64,000 nucleotides of DNA from Eledone cirrhosa. Lineage: Eukaryota. A model generated the notes under the pieces. It saw only the letters and a list, made by a program, of their open reading frames with translations, did not search any database and was not told where the DNA came from. The translations under genes were made by a program, and so were the position numbers. Within the stretch, counting starts at the first letter, position 1. Every line of letters begins with the position of its first letter. Positions 1-13,587 of the stretch are shown in pieces. The stretch covers positions 1,736,001-1,800,000 of the forward strand of contig OZ024751.1 of assembly GCA_964016885.1 (NCBI GenBank). Direction: 5' to 3'.

Positions 1-1099
1 GTTGGTGTTACTGTTGTTGGTGTTGTTGGTTTTACTGTTGTTGGTGTTGTTGGTGTTACTGTTGTTGGTGTTGTTTGTGTTACTGTTGTTGGTGTTGTTG
101 GTGTTACTGTTGTTGGTGTTGTTGGTGTTACTGTTGTTGGTGTTGTTGGTGTTACTGCTTTGGTGTTGTTGGGGTTACTGTTGTTGGTGTTACTGTTGTT
201 GGTGTTGTTGGTGTTACTGTTGTTGGTGTTGGTGATGTTACTGTTGTTGGTGTTGTTGGTGTTACTGTTATTGGTGTTACTGTTGTTGGTGTTGGTGGTG
301 TGACTGTTGTTGGTGTTGTTGGTGTTACTGTTGTTGGTGTTGTTAGTGTTACTGTTGTTGGTGTTGTTAGTGTTACTGTTGTTGGTGTTGTTGGTGTTAC
401 TGTTGTTGGTGTTGTTAGTGTTGCTGTTGTTGGTGTTGTTATTGTTACTGTTGTTGGTGTTGCTGGTGTTACTGTTGTTGGTGTTGTTGGTGTTACTGCT
501 GTTGGTGTTGTTGGTGTTACTGTTGTTGGTGTTGTTGGTGTTACTGTTGTTGGTGTTATTAGTGTTACTGTTGTTGGTGTTGTTAGTGTTACTGTTGTTG
601 GTGTTGTTGGTGTTAATGTTGTTGGTGTTGTTAGTGTTATTGTTGTTGGTGTTGTTAGTGTTACTGTTGTTGGTGTTGTTGGTGTTACTGTTGTTGGTGT
701 TGTTAGTGTTACTGTTGTTGGTGTTGTTAGTGTTACTGTTGTTGGTGTTGTTGGTGTTACTGTTGTTGGTGTTGTTGGTGTTACTGTTGTTGCTGTTGTT
801 AGTGTTACTGTTGTTGGTGTTGTTGGTGTTACTGTTGTTGGTGTTGTTAGTGTTACTGTTGTTGGTGTTGTTTTTGTTGGTGTTGGTGGTGTTGGTGTTA
901 CTGTTGTTGGTGTTGGTGGTCTTACTCTTGTTGGTGTTGTTGATGTTACTGTTGTTGGTGTTGTTTTTGTTGGTGTTGTTTTTGTTGGTGTTGGTGGTGT
1001 TGGTGTTACTGTTGTTGGTGTTGGTGGTCTTACTGTTGTTGGTGTTGTTGGTGTTACTGTTGTTGGTGTTGTTGGTGTTACTGTTGTTGGTGTTGTTGG

Positions 1100-4050
1100 T
1101 GTTACTGTTGTTGGTGTTGTTGGTGTTACTGTTGTTGGTGTTACTGTTGTTGGTGTTGTTTTTGTTGGTGTTGGTGGTGTTGGTTTTACTGTTGTTGGTG
1201 TTGTTGGTGTTACCGTTGTTGGTGTTGGTGGTCTTACTGTTGTTGGTGTTGTTGGTATTACTGTTGTTGGTGTTGTTGGTGTTACTGTTGTTGGTGTTGT
1301 TGGTGTTACTGTTGTTGGTGTTGTTGGTTTCACTGTTGTTGGTGTTGTTGGTGTTACTGTTGATGGTGTTGTTGGTGTTACTGTTGTTGGTGTTGTTGGT
1401 GTTACTGTTGTTGTTGTTGTTGTTGGTGTTACTGTTGTTGGTGTTGGTGATACTGTTGTTGGTCTTGTTAGTGTTACTGTTGTTGGTGTTGGTGTTGGTG
1501 TTACTGTTGTTGGTGTTGTTGGTGTTACTGTTGTTGGTGTTGTTGGTGTTACTGTTGTGGTGTTGTTAGTGTTACTGTTGTTGGTGTTGTTAGTGTTACT
1601 GTTGTTGTTTTTGTTGGTGTTACTGTTGTTGGTGTTGTCAGTGTTACTGTTGTTGGTGTTGTTAGTGTTACTGTTGTTGGTGTTGTTGGTGTTACTGTTG
1701 TTGGTGTTGTTGGTCTTACTGTTGTTGGTGATGTTGGTGTTACTGTTGTTGGTGTTGTTGGTTTTACTGTTGTTGGTGTTGTTGGTGTTACTGTTGTTGG
1801 TGTTGTTGGTTTTACTGTTGTTGGTGTTGTTGGTGTTACTGTTGTTGGTGTTGTTGGTGTTACTGTTGTTGGTGTTGTTAGTATTACTGTTGTTGGTGTT
1901 GGTGGTGTTACTGTTGTTGGTGTTGTTGGTGTTACTGTTGTTGGTGTTGTTGGTGTTACTGTTGTTGGTGTTGCTAGTGTTACTGTTGTTGGTGTTGTTG
2001 GTGTTACTGTTGTTGGTGTTGTTGGTGTTACTGTTGTTGGTGTTGGTGGTGTTACTGTTGTTGGTGTTGTTAGTATTACTGTTGTTGGTGTTGGTGGTGT
2101 TACTGTTGTTGGTGTTGTTGGTGTTACTGTTGTTGGTGTTGTTAGTATTACTGTTGTTGGTTTTGGTGGTGTTACTGTTGTTGGTGTTGTTGGTGTTAAT
2201 GTTGTTGGTGTTGTTGGAGTTACTGTTGTTGGTGTTGTTAGTGTTACTGTTGTTGGTGTTGTTGGTGTTAATGTTGTTGGTGTTGGTGGTGTTACTGTTG
2301 TTGGTGTTGTTTGTTTTACTGTTGTTGGTGTTGTTTGTGTTACTGTTGTTGGTGTTGGTGGTGTTACTGTTGTTGGTGTTTTTAGTGTTACTGTTGTTGG
2401 TGTTGTTTGTGTTATTGTTGTTGGTGTTGGTGGTGTTACTGTTGTTGGTAGTGTTGGTGTTACTGTTGTTGGTGTTCTTGGTGTTACTATTATTGGTGTT
2501 GGTGGTGTTACTGTTGTTGGTGTTGTTGGTGTTACTGTTGTTGGTGTTGTTGGTGTTACTGTTGTTGATGTTGTTTGTGTTACTGTTGTTGATGGTGTTG
2601 GTGTTACTGTTGTTGGTGTTGTTAGTGTTACTGTTGTTGGTGATGTTGGTGTTACTGTTGTTGGTGTTGTTAGTGTTACTGTTGTTGGTGTTGTTGGTGT
2701 TACTGTTGTTGGTGTTGTTTGTGTTACTGTTGTTGGTGTCGTTGGTGTTACTGTTGTTGGTGTTGTTGGTGTTACTGTTGTTGGTGTTGTTGGTGTAACT
2801 GTTGTTGGTGTTGTTGGTGTTACTGTTGTTGGTGTTGTTGGTGTTACAGTTGTTGGTGTTACTGTTGTTGGTGTTGTTTTTGTTGGTGTTGGTGGTGTTG
2901 GTTTTACTGTTGTTGGTGTTGTTGGTGTTACCGTTGTTGGTGTTGGTGGTCTTACTGTTGTTGGTGTTGTTGGTATTACTGTTGTTGGTGTTGTTGGTGT
3001 TACTGTTGTTGGTGTTGTTGGTGTTACTGTTGTTGGTGTTGTTGGTTTTACTGTTGTTGGTGTTGTTGGTGTTACTGTTGATGGTGTTGTTGGTGTTACT
3101 GTTGTTGGTGTTGTTGGTGTTACTGTTGTTGTTGTTGTTGGTGTTACTGTTGTTGGTGTTGGTGATACTGTTGTTGGTCTTGTTAGTGTTACTGTTGTTG
3201 GTGTTGGTGTTGGTGTTACTGTTGTTGGTGTTGTTGGTGTTAGTGTTGTTGGTGTTGTTGGTGTTACTGTTGTGGTGTTGTTAGTGTTACTGTTGTTGGT
3301 GTTGTTAGTGTTACTGTCGTTGTTTTTGTTGGTGTTACTGTTGTTGGTGTTGTCAGTGTTACTGTTGTTGGTGTTGTTAGTGTTACTGTTGTTGGTGTTG
3401 TTGGTGTTACTGTTGTTGGTGTTGTTGGTCTTACTGTTGTTGGTGATGTTGGTGTTACTGTTGTTGGTGTTGTTGGTTTTACTGTTGTTGGTGTTGTTGG
3501 TGTTACTGTTGTTGGTGTTGTTGGTTTTACTGTTGTTGGTGTTGTTGGTGTTACTGTTGTTGGTGTTGTTGGTGTTACTGTTGTTGGTGTTGTTAGTATT
3601 ACTGTTGTTGGTGTTGGTGGTGTTACTGTTGTTGGTGTTGTTGGTGTTACTGTTGTTGGTGTTGTTGGTGTTACTGTTGTTGGTGTTGTTAGTGTTACTG
3701 TTGTTGGTGTTGTTGGTGTTACTGTTGTTGGTGTTGTTGGTGTTACTGTTGTTGGTGTTGTTGGTGTTACTGTTGTTGGTGTTGTTAGTATTACTGTTGT
3801 TGGTGTTGGTGGTGTTACTGTTGTTGGTGTTGTTGGTGTTACTGTTGTTGGTGTTGTTAGTATTACTGTTGTTGGTGTTGGTGGTGTTACTGTTGTTGGT
3901 GTTGTTGGTGTTACTGTTGTTGGTGTTGTTGGAGTTACTGTTGTTGGTGTTGTTAGTGTTACTGTTGTGGGTGTTGTTGGTGTTACTGTTGTTGGTGTTG
4001 GTGGTGTTACTGTTGTTGGTGTTGTTTGTTTTACTGTTGTTGGTGTTGTT
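1100..4050. repeat. Higher-order duplication, offset ~1,715 bp (approx. 1.1-2.3 kb vs 2.8-4.05 kb)
   Basis: The rare variants GGTGATACT and GGTCTTGTTAGT (1461 vs 3176) and the deletion-linked stops (1569 vs 3284) recur at offset 1,715. Boundaries are approximate. Confidence 0.8.
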
Positions 4051-5899
4051 TGTGTTACTGTTGTTGGTGTTGTTGGTGTTAGTGTTGTTGGTGTTGTTGG
4101 TGTTACTGTTATTGGTTTTACTGTTGTTGGTGTTGGTGGTGTGACTGTTGTTGCTGTTGTGGGTGTTACTGTTGTTGGTGTTGTTAGTGTTACTGTTGTT
4201 GGTGCTGTTAGTGTTACTGTTGTTGGTGTTGTTGGTGTTACTGTTGTTGGTGTTGTTAGTGTTGCTGTTGTTGGTGTTGTTATTGTTACTGTTGTTGGTG
4301 TTGCTGGTGTTACTGTTGTTGGTGTTGTTGGTGTTACTGCTGTTGGTGTTGTTGGTGTTACTGTTGTTGGTGTTGTTGGTGTTACTGTTGTTGGTGTTAT
4401 TAGTGTTACTGTTGTTGGTGTTGTTAGTGTTACTGTTGTTGGTGTTGTTGGTGTTAATGTTGTTGGTGTTGTTAGTGTTACTGTTGTTGGTGTTGTTAGT
4501 GTTACTGTTGTTGGTGTTGTTGGTGTTACTGTTGTTGGTGTTGTTAGTGTTACTGTTGTTGGTGTTGTTAGTGTTACTGTTGTTGGTGTTACTGTTGTTG
4601 GTGTTGTTGGTGTTACTGTTGTTGGTGTTGTTAGTGTTACTGTTGTTGGTGTTGTTGGTGTTACTGTTGTTGGTGTTGTTAGTGTTACTGTTGTTGGTGT
4701 TGTTTTAGTTGGTGTTGGTGGTGTTGGTGTTACTGTTGTTGGTGTTGGTGGTGTTACTGTTGTTGGTGTTGTTGGTGTTACTGTTGTTGGTGTTGTTTTT
4801 GTTGGTGCTGGTGGTGTTGGTGTTACTGTTGTTGGTGTTGGTGGTCTTACTGTTGTTGGTGTTGTTGGTGTTACTGTTGTTGGTGTTGTTTGTGTTACTG
4901 TTGTTGGTGTTGTTGGTGTTGGTGGTGTTGGTTTTACTGTTGTTGGTGTTGTTGGTGTTACCGTTGTTGGTGTTGGTGGTCTTACTGTTGTTGGTGTTGT
5001 TGGTATTACTGTTGTTGGTGTTGTTGGTGTTACTGTTGTTGGTGTTATTGGTGTTACTGTTGTTGGAGTTGTTGGTTTTAGTGTTGTTGGTGTTGTTGGT
5101 GTTACTGTTGATGGTGTTGTTGGTGTTACTGTTGTTGGTGTTGTTGGTGTTACTGTTGTTGGTGTTGTTGGTGTTACTGTTGTTGGTGTTGGTGTTACTG
5201 TTGTTGGTGTTGTTAGTGTTACTGTTGTTGGTGTTGGTGTTGGTGTTACTGTTGTTGGTGTTGTTGGTGTTACTGTTGTTGGTGTTGTTGGTGTTACTGT
5301 TGTGGTGTTGTTAGTGTTACTGTTGTTGGTGTTGTTAGTGTTACAGTTGTTGTTTTTGTTGGTGTTACTGTTGTTGGTGTTGTCAGTGTTACTGTTGTTG
5401 GTGTTGTTAGTGTTACTGTTGTTGGTGTTGTTGGTGTTACTGTTGTTGGTCTTACTGTTGTTGGTGATGTTGGTGTTACTGTTGTTGGTGTTGTTGGTTT
5501 TACTGTTGTTGGTGTTGTTGGTGTTACTGTTGTTGGTGTTGTTGGTTTTACTGTTGTTGGTGTTGTTGGTGTTACTGTTGTTGGTGTTGTGGTGTTACTG
5601 TTGTTGGTGGTGTTAGTATTACTGTTGTTGGTGTTGGTGGTGTTACTGTTGTTGGTGTTGTTGGTGTTACTGTTGTTGGTGTTGTTGGTGTTACTGTTGT
5701 TGGTGTTGTTAGTGTTACTGTTGTTGGTGTTGTTGGTGTTACTGTTGTTGGTGTTGTTGGTGTTACTGTTGTTGGTGTTGTTGGTGTTACTGTTGTTGGT
5801 GTTGTTAGTATTACTGTTGTTGGTGTTGTTGGTGTTACTGTTGTTGGTGTTGTTAGTATTACTGTTGTGGGTGTTGGTGGTGTTTCTGTTGTTGGTGTT

Positions 5900-8800
5900 G
5901 TTGGTGTTACTTTTGTTGGTGTTGTTGGTGTTACTGTTGTTGGTGTTGTTAGTGATACTGTTGTTGGTGTTGTTGGTGTTACTGTTGTTGGTGTTGGTGG
6001 CGTTACTGTTGTTGGTGTTGTTTGTGTTACTGTTGTTGGTGTTGTTGGTGTTACTGTTGTTGGTTTTGTTGGTGTTACTGTTGTTGGTGTTGTTGGTGTT
6101 ACTGTTGTTGGTGTTGGTGTTACTGTTGTTGGTGTTGTTAGTGTTACTGTTGTTGGTGTTGGTGTTGGTGTTACTGTTGTTGGTGTTGTTGGTGTTACTG
6201 TTGTTGGTGTTGTTGGTGTTACTGTTGTTGGTGGTGTTGTCGTTACTGTTGTTGGTGTTGTTGGTGTTACTGTTGTTGGTGTTGTTGGTGTTACTGTTGT
6301 TGGTGTTGTTGGTGTTACTGTTGTTGGTGTTGTTGGTGTTACTGTTGTTGGTGTTGGTGTTACTGTTGTTGGTGTTGTTAGTGTTACTGTTGTTGGTGTT
6401 GGTGGTGTTACTGTTGTTGGTGTTACTGTTGTTGGTGTTGTTGGTGTTACTGTTGTTGGTGTTGTTGGTGTTACTGTTGTTGGTGGTGTTGGTGTTACTG
6501 TTGTTGGTGTTGTTGGTGTTACTGTTATTGGTGTTGGTGGTGTTACTGTTGTTGGTGTTGTTGGTGTTACTGTTGTTGGTGTTGTTGGTGTTACTGTTGT
6601 TGATGTTGTTTGTGTTACTGTTGTTGATGGTGTTGGTGTTACTGTTGTTGCTGTTGTTAGTGTTACTGTTGTTGGTGATGTTGGTGTTACTGTTGTTGGT
6701 GTTGTTTGTGTTACTGTTGTTGGTGTTGTTGGTGTTACTGTTGTTGGTGTTGTTGGTGTTACTGTTGTTGGTGTTCTTGGTGTTACTGCTTTGGTGTTGT
6801 TGGGGTTACTGTTGTTGGTGTTGTTGGTGTTACTGTTGTTGGTGTTGTTGGTGTTACTGTTGTTGGTGTTGGTGGTGTTACTGTTGTTGGTGTTGTTGGT
6901 GTTACTGTTATTGGTGTTACTGTTGTTGGTGTTGGTGGTGTGACTGTTGTTGGTGTTGTTGGTGTTACTGTTGTTGGTGTTGTTAGTGTTACTGTTGTTG
7001 GTGTTGTTAGTGTTACTGTTGTTGGTGTTGTTGGTGTTACTGTTGTTGGTGTTGTTAGTGTTACTGTTGTTGGTGTTGTTAGTGTTACTGTTGTTGGTGT
7101 TGTTGGTGTTACTGTTGTTGGTGTTGTTAGTGTTACTGTTGTTGGTGTTGTTATTGTTACTGTTGTTGGTGTTGCTGGTGTTACTGTTGTTGGTGTTGTT
7201 GGTGTTACTGCTGTTGGTTTTGTTGGTGTTACTGTTGTTGGTGTTGTTGGTGTTACTGTTGTTGGTGTTATTAGTGTTACTGTTGTTGGTGTTGTTAGTG
7301 TTACTGTTGTTGGTGTTGTTGGTGTTAATGTTGTTGGTGTTGTTGGTGTTACTGTTGTTGGTGTTGTTGGTGTTACTGTTGTTGGTGTTGTTGGTGTTAC
7401 TGTTGTTGGTTTTGTTGGTGTTACTGTTGTTGGTGTTGTTGGTGTTACTGTTGTTGGTGGTGTTGTCGTTACTGTTGTTGGTGTTGTTGGTGTTACTGTT
7501 GTTGGTGTTGTTGGTGTTACTGTTGTTGGTGTTGTTGGTGTTACTGTTGTTGGTGTTGTTGGTGTTACTGTTGTTGGTGTTGGTGTTACTGTTGTTGGTG
7601 TTGTTGGTGTTACTGTTGTTGGTGTTGTTAGTGTTACTGTTGTTGGTGTTGTTAGTGTTACTGTTGTTGGTGTTGTTGGTGTTACTGTTGTTGGTGTTGT
7701 TAGTGTTACTGTTGTTGGTGTTGTTAGTGTTACTGTTGTTGGTGTTGTTGGTGTTACTGTTGTTGGTGTTGTTAGTGTTACTTTTGTTGGTGTTGTTGGT
7801 GTTACTGTTGTTGGTGTTGTTAGTGTTACTGTTGTTGGTGTTGTTGGTGTTACTGTTGTTGGTGTTGGTGGCGTTACTGTTGTTGGTGTTGTTTGTGTTA
7901 CTGTTGTTGGTGTTGTTGGTGTTACTGTTGTTGGTTTTGTTGGTGTTACTGTTGTTGGTGTTGTTGGTGTTACTGTTGTTGGTGTTGGTGTTACTGTTGT
8001 TGGTGTTGTTAGTGTTACTGTTGTTGGTGTTGGTGTTGGTGTTACTGTTGTTGGTGTTGTTGGTGTTACTGTTGTTGGTGTTGTTGGTGTTACTGTTGTT
8101 GGTGGTGTTGTCGTTACTGTTGTTGGTGTTGTTGGTGTTACTGTTGTTGGTGTTGTTGGTGTTACTGTTGTTGGTGTTGTTGGTGTTACTGTTGTTGGTG
8201 TTGTTGGTGTTACTGTTGTTGGTGTTGGTGTTACTGTTGTTGGTGTTGTTAGTGTTACTGTTGTTGGTGTTGGTGGTGTTACTGTTGTTGGTGTTACTGT
8301 TGTTGGTGTTGTTGGTGTTACTGTTGTTGGTGTTGTTGGTGTTACTGTTGTTGGTGGTGTTGGTGTTACTGTTGTTGGTGTTGTTGGTGTTACTGTTATT
8401 GGTGTTGGTGGTGTTACTGTTGTTGGTGTTGTTGGTGTTACTGTTGTTGGTGTTGTTGGTGTTACTGTTGTTGATGTTGTTTGTGTTACTGTTGTTGATG
8501 GTGTTGGTGTTACTGTTGTTGCTGTTGTTAGTGTTACTGTTGTTGGTGATGTTGGTGTTACTGTTGTTGGTGTTGTTTGTGTTACTGTTGTTGGTGTTGT
8601 TGGTGTTACTGTTGTTGGTGTTGTTGGTGTTACTGTTGTTGGTGTTGTTGGTGTTACTGCTTTGGTGTTGTTGGGGTTACTGTTGTTGGTGTTGTTGGTG
8701 TTACTGTTGTTGGTGTTGTTGGTGTTACTGTTGTTGGTGTTGGTGGTGTTACTGTTGTTGGTGTTGTTGGTGTTACTGTTATTGGTGTTACTGTTGTTGG

Positions 8801-8950
8801 TGTTGGTGGTGTGACTGTTGTTGGTGTTGTTGGTGTTACTGTTGTTGGTGTTGTTAGTGTTACTGTTGTTGGTGTTGTTAGTGTTACTGTTGTTGGTGTT
8901 GTTGGTGTTACTGTTGTTGGTGTTGTTAGTGTTACTGTTGTTGGTGTTGT
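5900..8950. repeat. Higher-order duplication, offset 1,871 bp (approx. 5,900-7,080 vs 7,770-8,950)
   Basis: GGC at 5999/7870, ACTTTT at 5909/7780, and ORF starts 6706/8577 and 6947/8818 all differ by 1,871. Confidence 0.85.
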
Positions 8951-9800
8951 TATTGTTACTGTTGTTGGTGTTGCTGGTGTTACTGTTGTTGGTGTTGTTG
9001 GTGTTACTGTTGTTGGTGTTATTAGTGTTACTGTTGTTGGTGTTGTTAGTGTTACTGTTGTTGGTGTTGTTGGTGTTAATGTTGTTGGTGTTGTTGGTGT
9101 TACTGTTGTTGGTGTTGTTGGTGTTACTGTTGTTGGTGTTGTTGGTGTTACTGTTGTTGGTGGTGTTGGTGTTACTGTTGTTGGTGTTGTTGGTGCTACT
9201 GTTGTTGCTGTTGTTAGTGTTACTGTTGTTGGTGTTACTGTTGTTGGTGTTGTTGGTGTTACTGTTGTTGATGTTGTTTGTGTTACTGTTGTTGATGGTG
9301 TTGGTGTTACTGTTGTTGCTGTTGTTAGTGTTACTGTTGTTGGTGATGTTGGTGTTACTGTTGTTGGTGTTGTTTGTCTTACTGTTGTTGGTGTTGTTGG
9401 TGTTACTGTTGTTGGTGTTGTTGGTGTTACTGTTGTTGGTGTTGTTGGTGTTACTGCTTTGGTGTTGTTGGGGTTACTGTTGTTGGTGTTGTTGGTGTTA
9501 CTGTTGTTGGTGTTGTTGGTGTTACTGTTGTTGGTGTTGGTGGTGTTACTGTTGTTGGTGTTATTGGTGTTACTGTTATTGGTGTTACTGTTGTTGGTGT
9601 TGGTGGTGTGACTGTTGTTGGTGTTGTTGGTGTTACTGTTGTTGGTGTTGTTAGTGTTACTGTTGTTGGTGTTGTTAGTGTTACTGTTGTTGGTGTTGTT
9701 GGTGTTACTGTTGTTGGTGTTGTTAGTGTTACTGTTGTTGGTGTTGTTATTGTTACTGTTGTTGGTGTTGCTGGTGTTACTGTTGTTGGTGTTGTTGGTG
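8450..9800. repeat. Higher-order duplication, offset 797 bp
   Basis: ORF starts 8577/9374 and 8818/9615, and the GCTTT deletion motif at ~8659/9456, differ by 797. Confidence 0.8.
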
Positions 9801-12800
9801 TTACTGCTGTTGGTGTTGTTGGTGTTACTGTTGTTGGTGTTGTTGGTGTTACTGTTGTTGGTGTTATTAGTGTTACTGTTGTTGGTGTTGTTAGTGTTAC
9901 TGTTGTTGGTGTTGGTGGTCTTACTGTTGTTGGTGTTGTTGGTGTTACTGTTGTTGGTGTTGTTTTTGTTGGTGTTGGTGGTGTTGGTGTTACTGTTGTT
10001 GGTGTTGGTGGTCTTACTGTTGTTGGTGTTGTTGGTGTTACTGTTGTTGGTGTTGTTGGTGTTATTGTTGTTGGTGTTGTTGGTGTTACTGTTGTTGGTG
10101 TTGTTGGTGTTACTGTTGTTGGTGTTACTGTTGTTGGTGTTGTTTTTGTTGGTGTTGGTGGTGTTGGTTTTACTGTTGTTGGTGTTGTTGGTGTTACCGT
10201 TGTTGGTGTTGGTGGTCTTACTGTTGTTGGTGTTGTTGGTATTACTGTTGTTGGTGTTGTAGGTGTTACTGTTGTTGGTGTTATTGGTGTTACTGTTGTT
10301 GGTGTTGTTGGTTTTACTGTTGTTGGTGTTGTTGGTGTTACTGTTGATGGTGTTGTTGGTGTTACTGTTGTTGGTGTTGTTGGTGTTACTGTTGTTGGTG
10401 TTGTTGGTGTTACTGTTGTTGGTGTTGGTGTTACTGTTGTTGGTGTTGTTAGTGTTACTGTTGTTGGTGTTGGTGTTGGTGTTACTGTTGTTGGTGTTGT
10501 TGGTGTTACTGTTGTTGGTGTTGTTGGTGTTACTGTTGTGGTGTTGTTAGTGTTACTGTTGTTGGTGTTGTTAGTGTTACTGTTGTTGTTTTTGTTGGTG
10601 TTACTGTTGTTGGTGTTGTCAGTGTTACTGTTGTTGGTGTTGTTAGTGTTACTGTTGTTGGTGTTGTTGGTGTTACTATTGTTGGTGTTGTTGGTCTTAC
10701 TGTTGTTGGTGTTGTTGGTGTTACTGTTGTTGGTGTTGTTGGTTTTACTGTAGTTGGTGTTGTTGGTGTTACTGTTGTTGGTGTTGTTGGTTTTACTGTT
10801 GTTGGTGTTGTTGGTGTTACTGTTGTTGGTGTTGTTGGTGTTACTGTTGTTGGTGTTGTTAGTATTACTGTTGTTGGTGTTGGTGGTGTTACTTTTGTTG
10901 GTGTTGTTGGTGTTACTGTTGTTGGTGTTGTTGGTGTTACTGTTGTTGGTGTTGTTAGTGTTATTGTTGTTGGTGTTGTTGCTGTTACTGTTGTTGGTGT
11001 TGTTGGTGTTACTGTTGTTGGTGTTGTTGGTGTTACTGTTGTTGGTGTTGTTAGTATTACTGTTGTTGGTGTTGGTGGTGTTACTGTTGTTGGTGTTGTT
11101 GGTGTTACTGTTGTTGGTGTTGTTAGTATTACTGTTGTTGGTGTTGGTGGTGTTACTCTTGTTGGTGTTGTTGGTGTTACTGTTGTTGGTGTTGTTGGTG
11201 TTACTGTTGTTGGTGTTGTTAGTGTTACTGTTGTTGGTGTTGTTGGTGTTACTGTTGTTGGTGTTGGTGGTGTTACTGTTGTTGGTGTTGTTTGTGTTAC
11301 TGTTGTTGGTGTTGTTTGTGTTACTGTTGTTGGTGTTGGTGGTGTTACTGTTGTTGGTGTTGTTGGTGTTACTGTTGTTGGTGTTGTTGGTGTTACTGTT
11401 GTTGGTGGTGTTGGTGTTACTGTTGTTGGTGTTGTTAGTGTTACTGTTGTTGGTGTTGTTGGTGTTACTGTTGTTGGTGTTGTTGGTGTTACTGTTGTTG
11501 GTGTTGTTTGTGTTATTGTTGTTGGTGTTGGTGGTGTTACTGTTGTTGGTGTTACTGTTGTTGGTGTTGTTGGTGTTACTGTTGTTGGTGTTGTTGGTGT
11601 TACTGTTGTTGGTGGTGTTGGTGTTACTGTTGTTGGTGTTGTTGGTGTTACTGTTATTGGTGTTGGTGGTGTTACCGTTGTTGGTGTTGTTGGTGTTACT
11701 GTTGTTGGTGTTGTTGTTGTTGTTGGTGTTACTGTTGTTGATGTTGTTTGTGTTACTGTTGTTGATGGTGTTGGTGTTACTGTTGTTGGTGTTGTTAGTG
11801 TTACTGTTGTTGGTGATGTTGGTGTTACTGTTGTTGGTGTTGTTAGTGTTACTGTTGTTGGTGTTGTTGGTGTTACTGTTGTTGGTGTTGTTTGTGTTAC
11901 TGTTGTTGGTGTTACTGTTGTTGGTGTTGTTGGTGTTACTGTTGTTGGTGTTGTTGGTGTTACTGCTTTGGTGTTGTTGGGGTTACTGTTGTTGGTGTTG
12001 TTGGTGTTACTGTTGTTGGTGTTGTTGGTGTTACTGTTGTTGGTGTTGGTGGTGTTACTGTTGTTGGTGTTGTTGGTGTTACTGTTATTGGTGTTACTGT
12101 TGTTGGTGTTGGTGGTGTGACTGTGTTGCTGTTGTTGGTGTTACTGTTGTTGGTGTTGTTAGTGTTACTGCTGTTGGTGTTGTTAGTGTTATTGTTGTTG
12201 GTGTTGTTGGTGTTACTGTTGTTGGTGTTGTTAGTGTTACTGTTGTTGGTGTTGTTATTGTTACTGTTGTTGGTGTTGCTGGTGTTACTGTTGTTGGTGT
12301 TGTTGGTGTTACTGCTGTTGGTGTTGTTGGTGTTACTGTTGTTGGTGTTGTTGGTGTTACTGTTGTTGGTGTTATTAGTGTTACTGTTGTTGGTGTTGTT
12401 AGTGTTACTGTTGTTGGTGTTGTTGGTGTTAATGTTGTTGGTGTTGTTGGTGTTACTGTTGTTGGTATCGTTGGTGTTACTGTTGTTGGTGTTGTTAGTG
12501 TTACTGTTGTTGGTGTTGTTTTTGTTGGTGTTGGTGGTGTTGGTGTTACTGTTGTTGGTGTTGGTGGTCTTACTGTTGTTGGTGTTGTTGGTGTTACTGT
12601 TGTTGGTGTTGTTTTTGTTGGTGTTGGTGGTGTTGGTGTTACTGTTGTTGGTGTTGGTGGTCTTACTGTTGTTGGTGTTGTTGGTGTTACTGTTGTTGGT
12701 GTTGTTGGTGTTACTGTTGTTGGTGTTGTTGGTGTTACTGTTGTTGGTGTTGTTGGCGTTACTGTTGTTGGTGTTACTGTTGTTGGTGTTGTTTTTGTTG

Positions 12801-13587
12801 GTGTTGGTGGTGTTGGTTTTACTGTTGTTGGTCTTGTTGGTGTTACCGTTGTTGGTGTTGGTGGTCTTACTGTTGTTGGTGTTGTTGGTATTACTGTTGT
12901 TGGTGTTGTTGGTGTTACTGTTGTTGGTGTTATTGGTGTTACTGTTGTTGGTGTTGGTTTTACTGTTGTTGGTGTTGTTGGTGTTACTGTTGATGGTGTT
13001 GTTGGTGTTACTGTTGTTGGTGTTGTTGGTGTTACTGTTGTTGGTGTTGTTGGTGTTACTGTTGTTGGTGTTGGTGTTACTGTTGTTGGTGTTGTTAGTG
13101 TTACTGTTGTTGGTGTTGGTGTTGGTGTTACTGTTGTTGGTGTTGTTGGTGTTACTGTTGTTGGTGTTGTTGGTGTTAGTGTTGTGGTGTTGTTAGTGTT
13201 ACTGTTGTTGGTGGTGTTAGTGTTACTGTTGTTGTTTTTGTTCGTGTTACTGTTGTTGGTGTTGTCAGTGTTACTGTTGTTGGTGTTGTTAGTGTTACTG
13301 TTGTTGGTTTTGTTGGTGTTACTGTTGTTGGTGTTGTTGGTCTTAATGTTGTTGGTGATGTTGGTGTTACTGTTGTTGGTGTTGTTGGTTTTACTGTTGT
13401 TGGTGTTGTTGGTGTTACTGTTGTTGGTGTTGTTGGTTTTACTGTTGTTGGTGTTGTTGGTGTTACTGTTGTTGGTGTTGTTGGTGTTACTGATGTTGGT
13501 GTTGTTAGTATTACTGTTGTTGGTGTTGGTGGTGTTACTGTTGTTGGTGTTGTTGGTGTTACTGTTGTTGGTGTTGTTGGTGTTACC

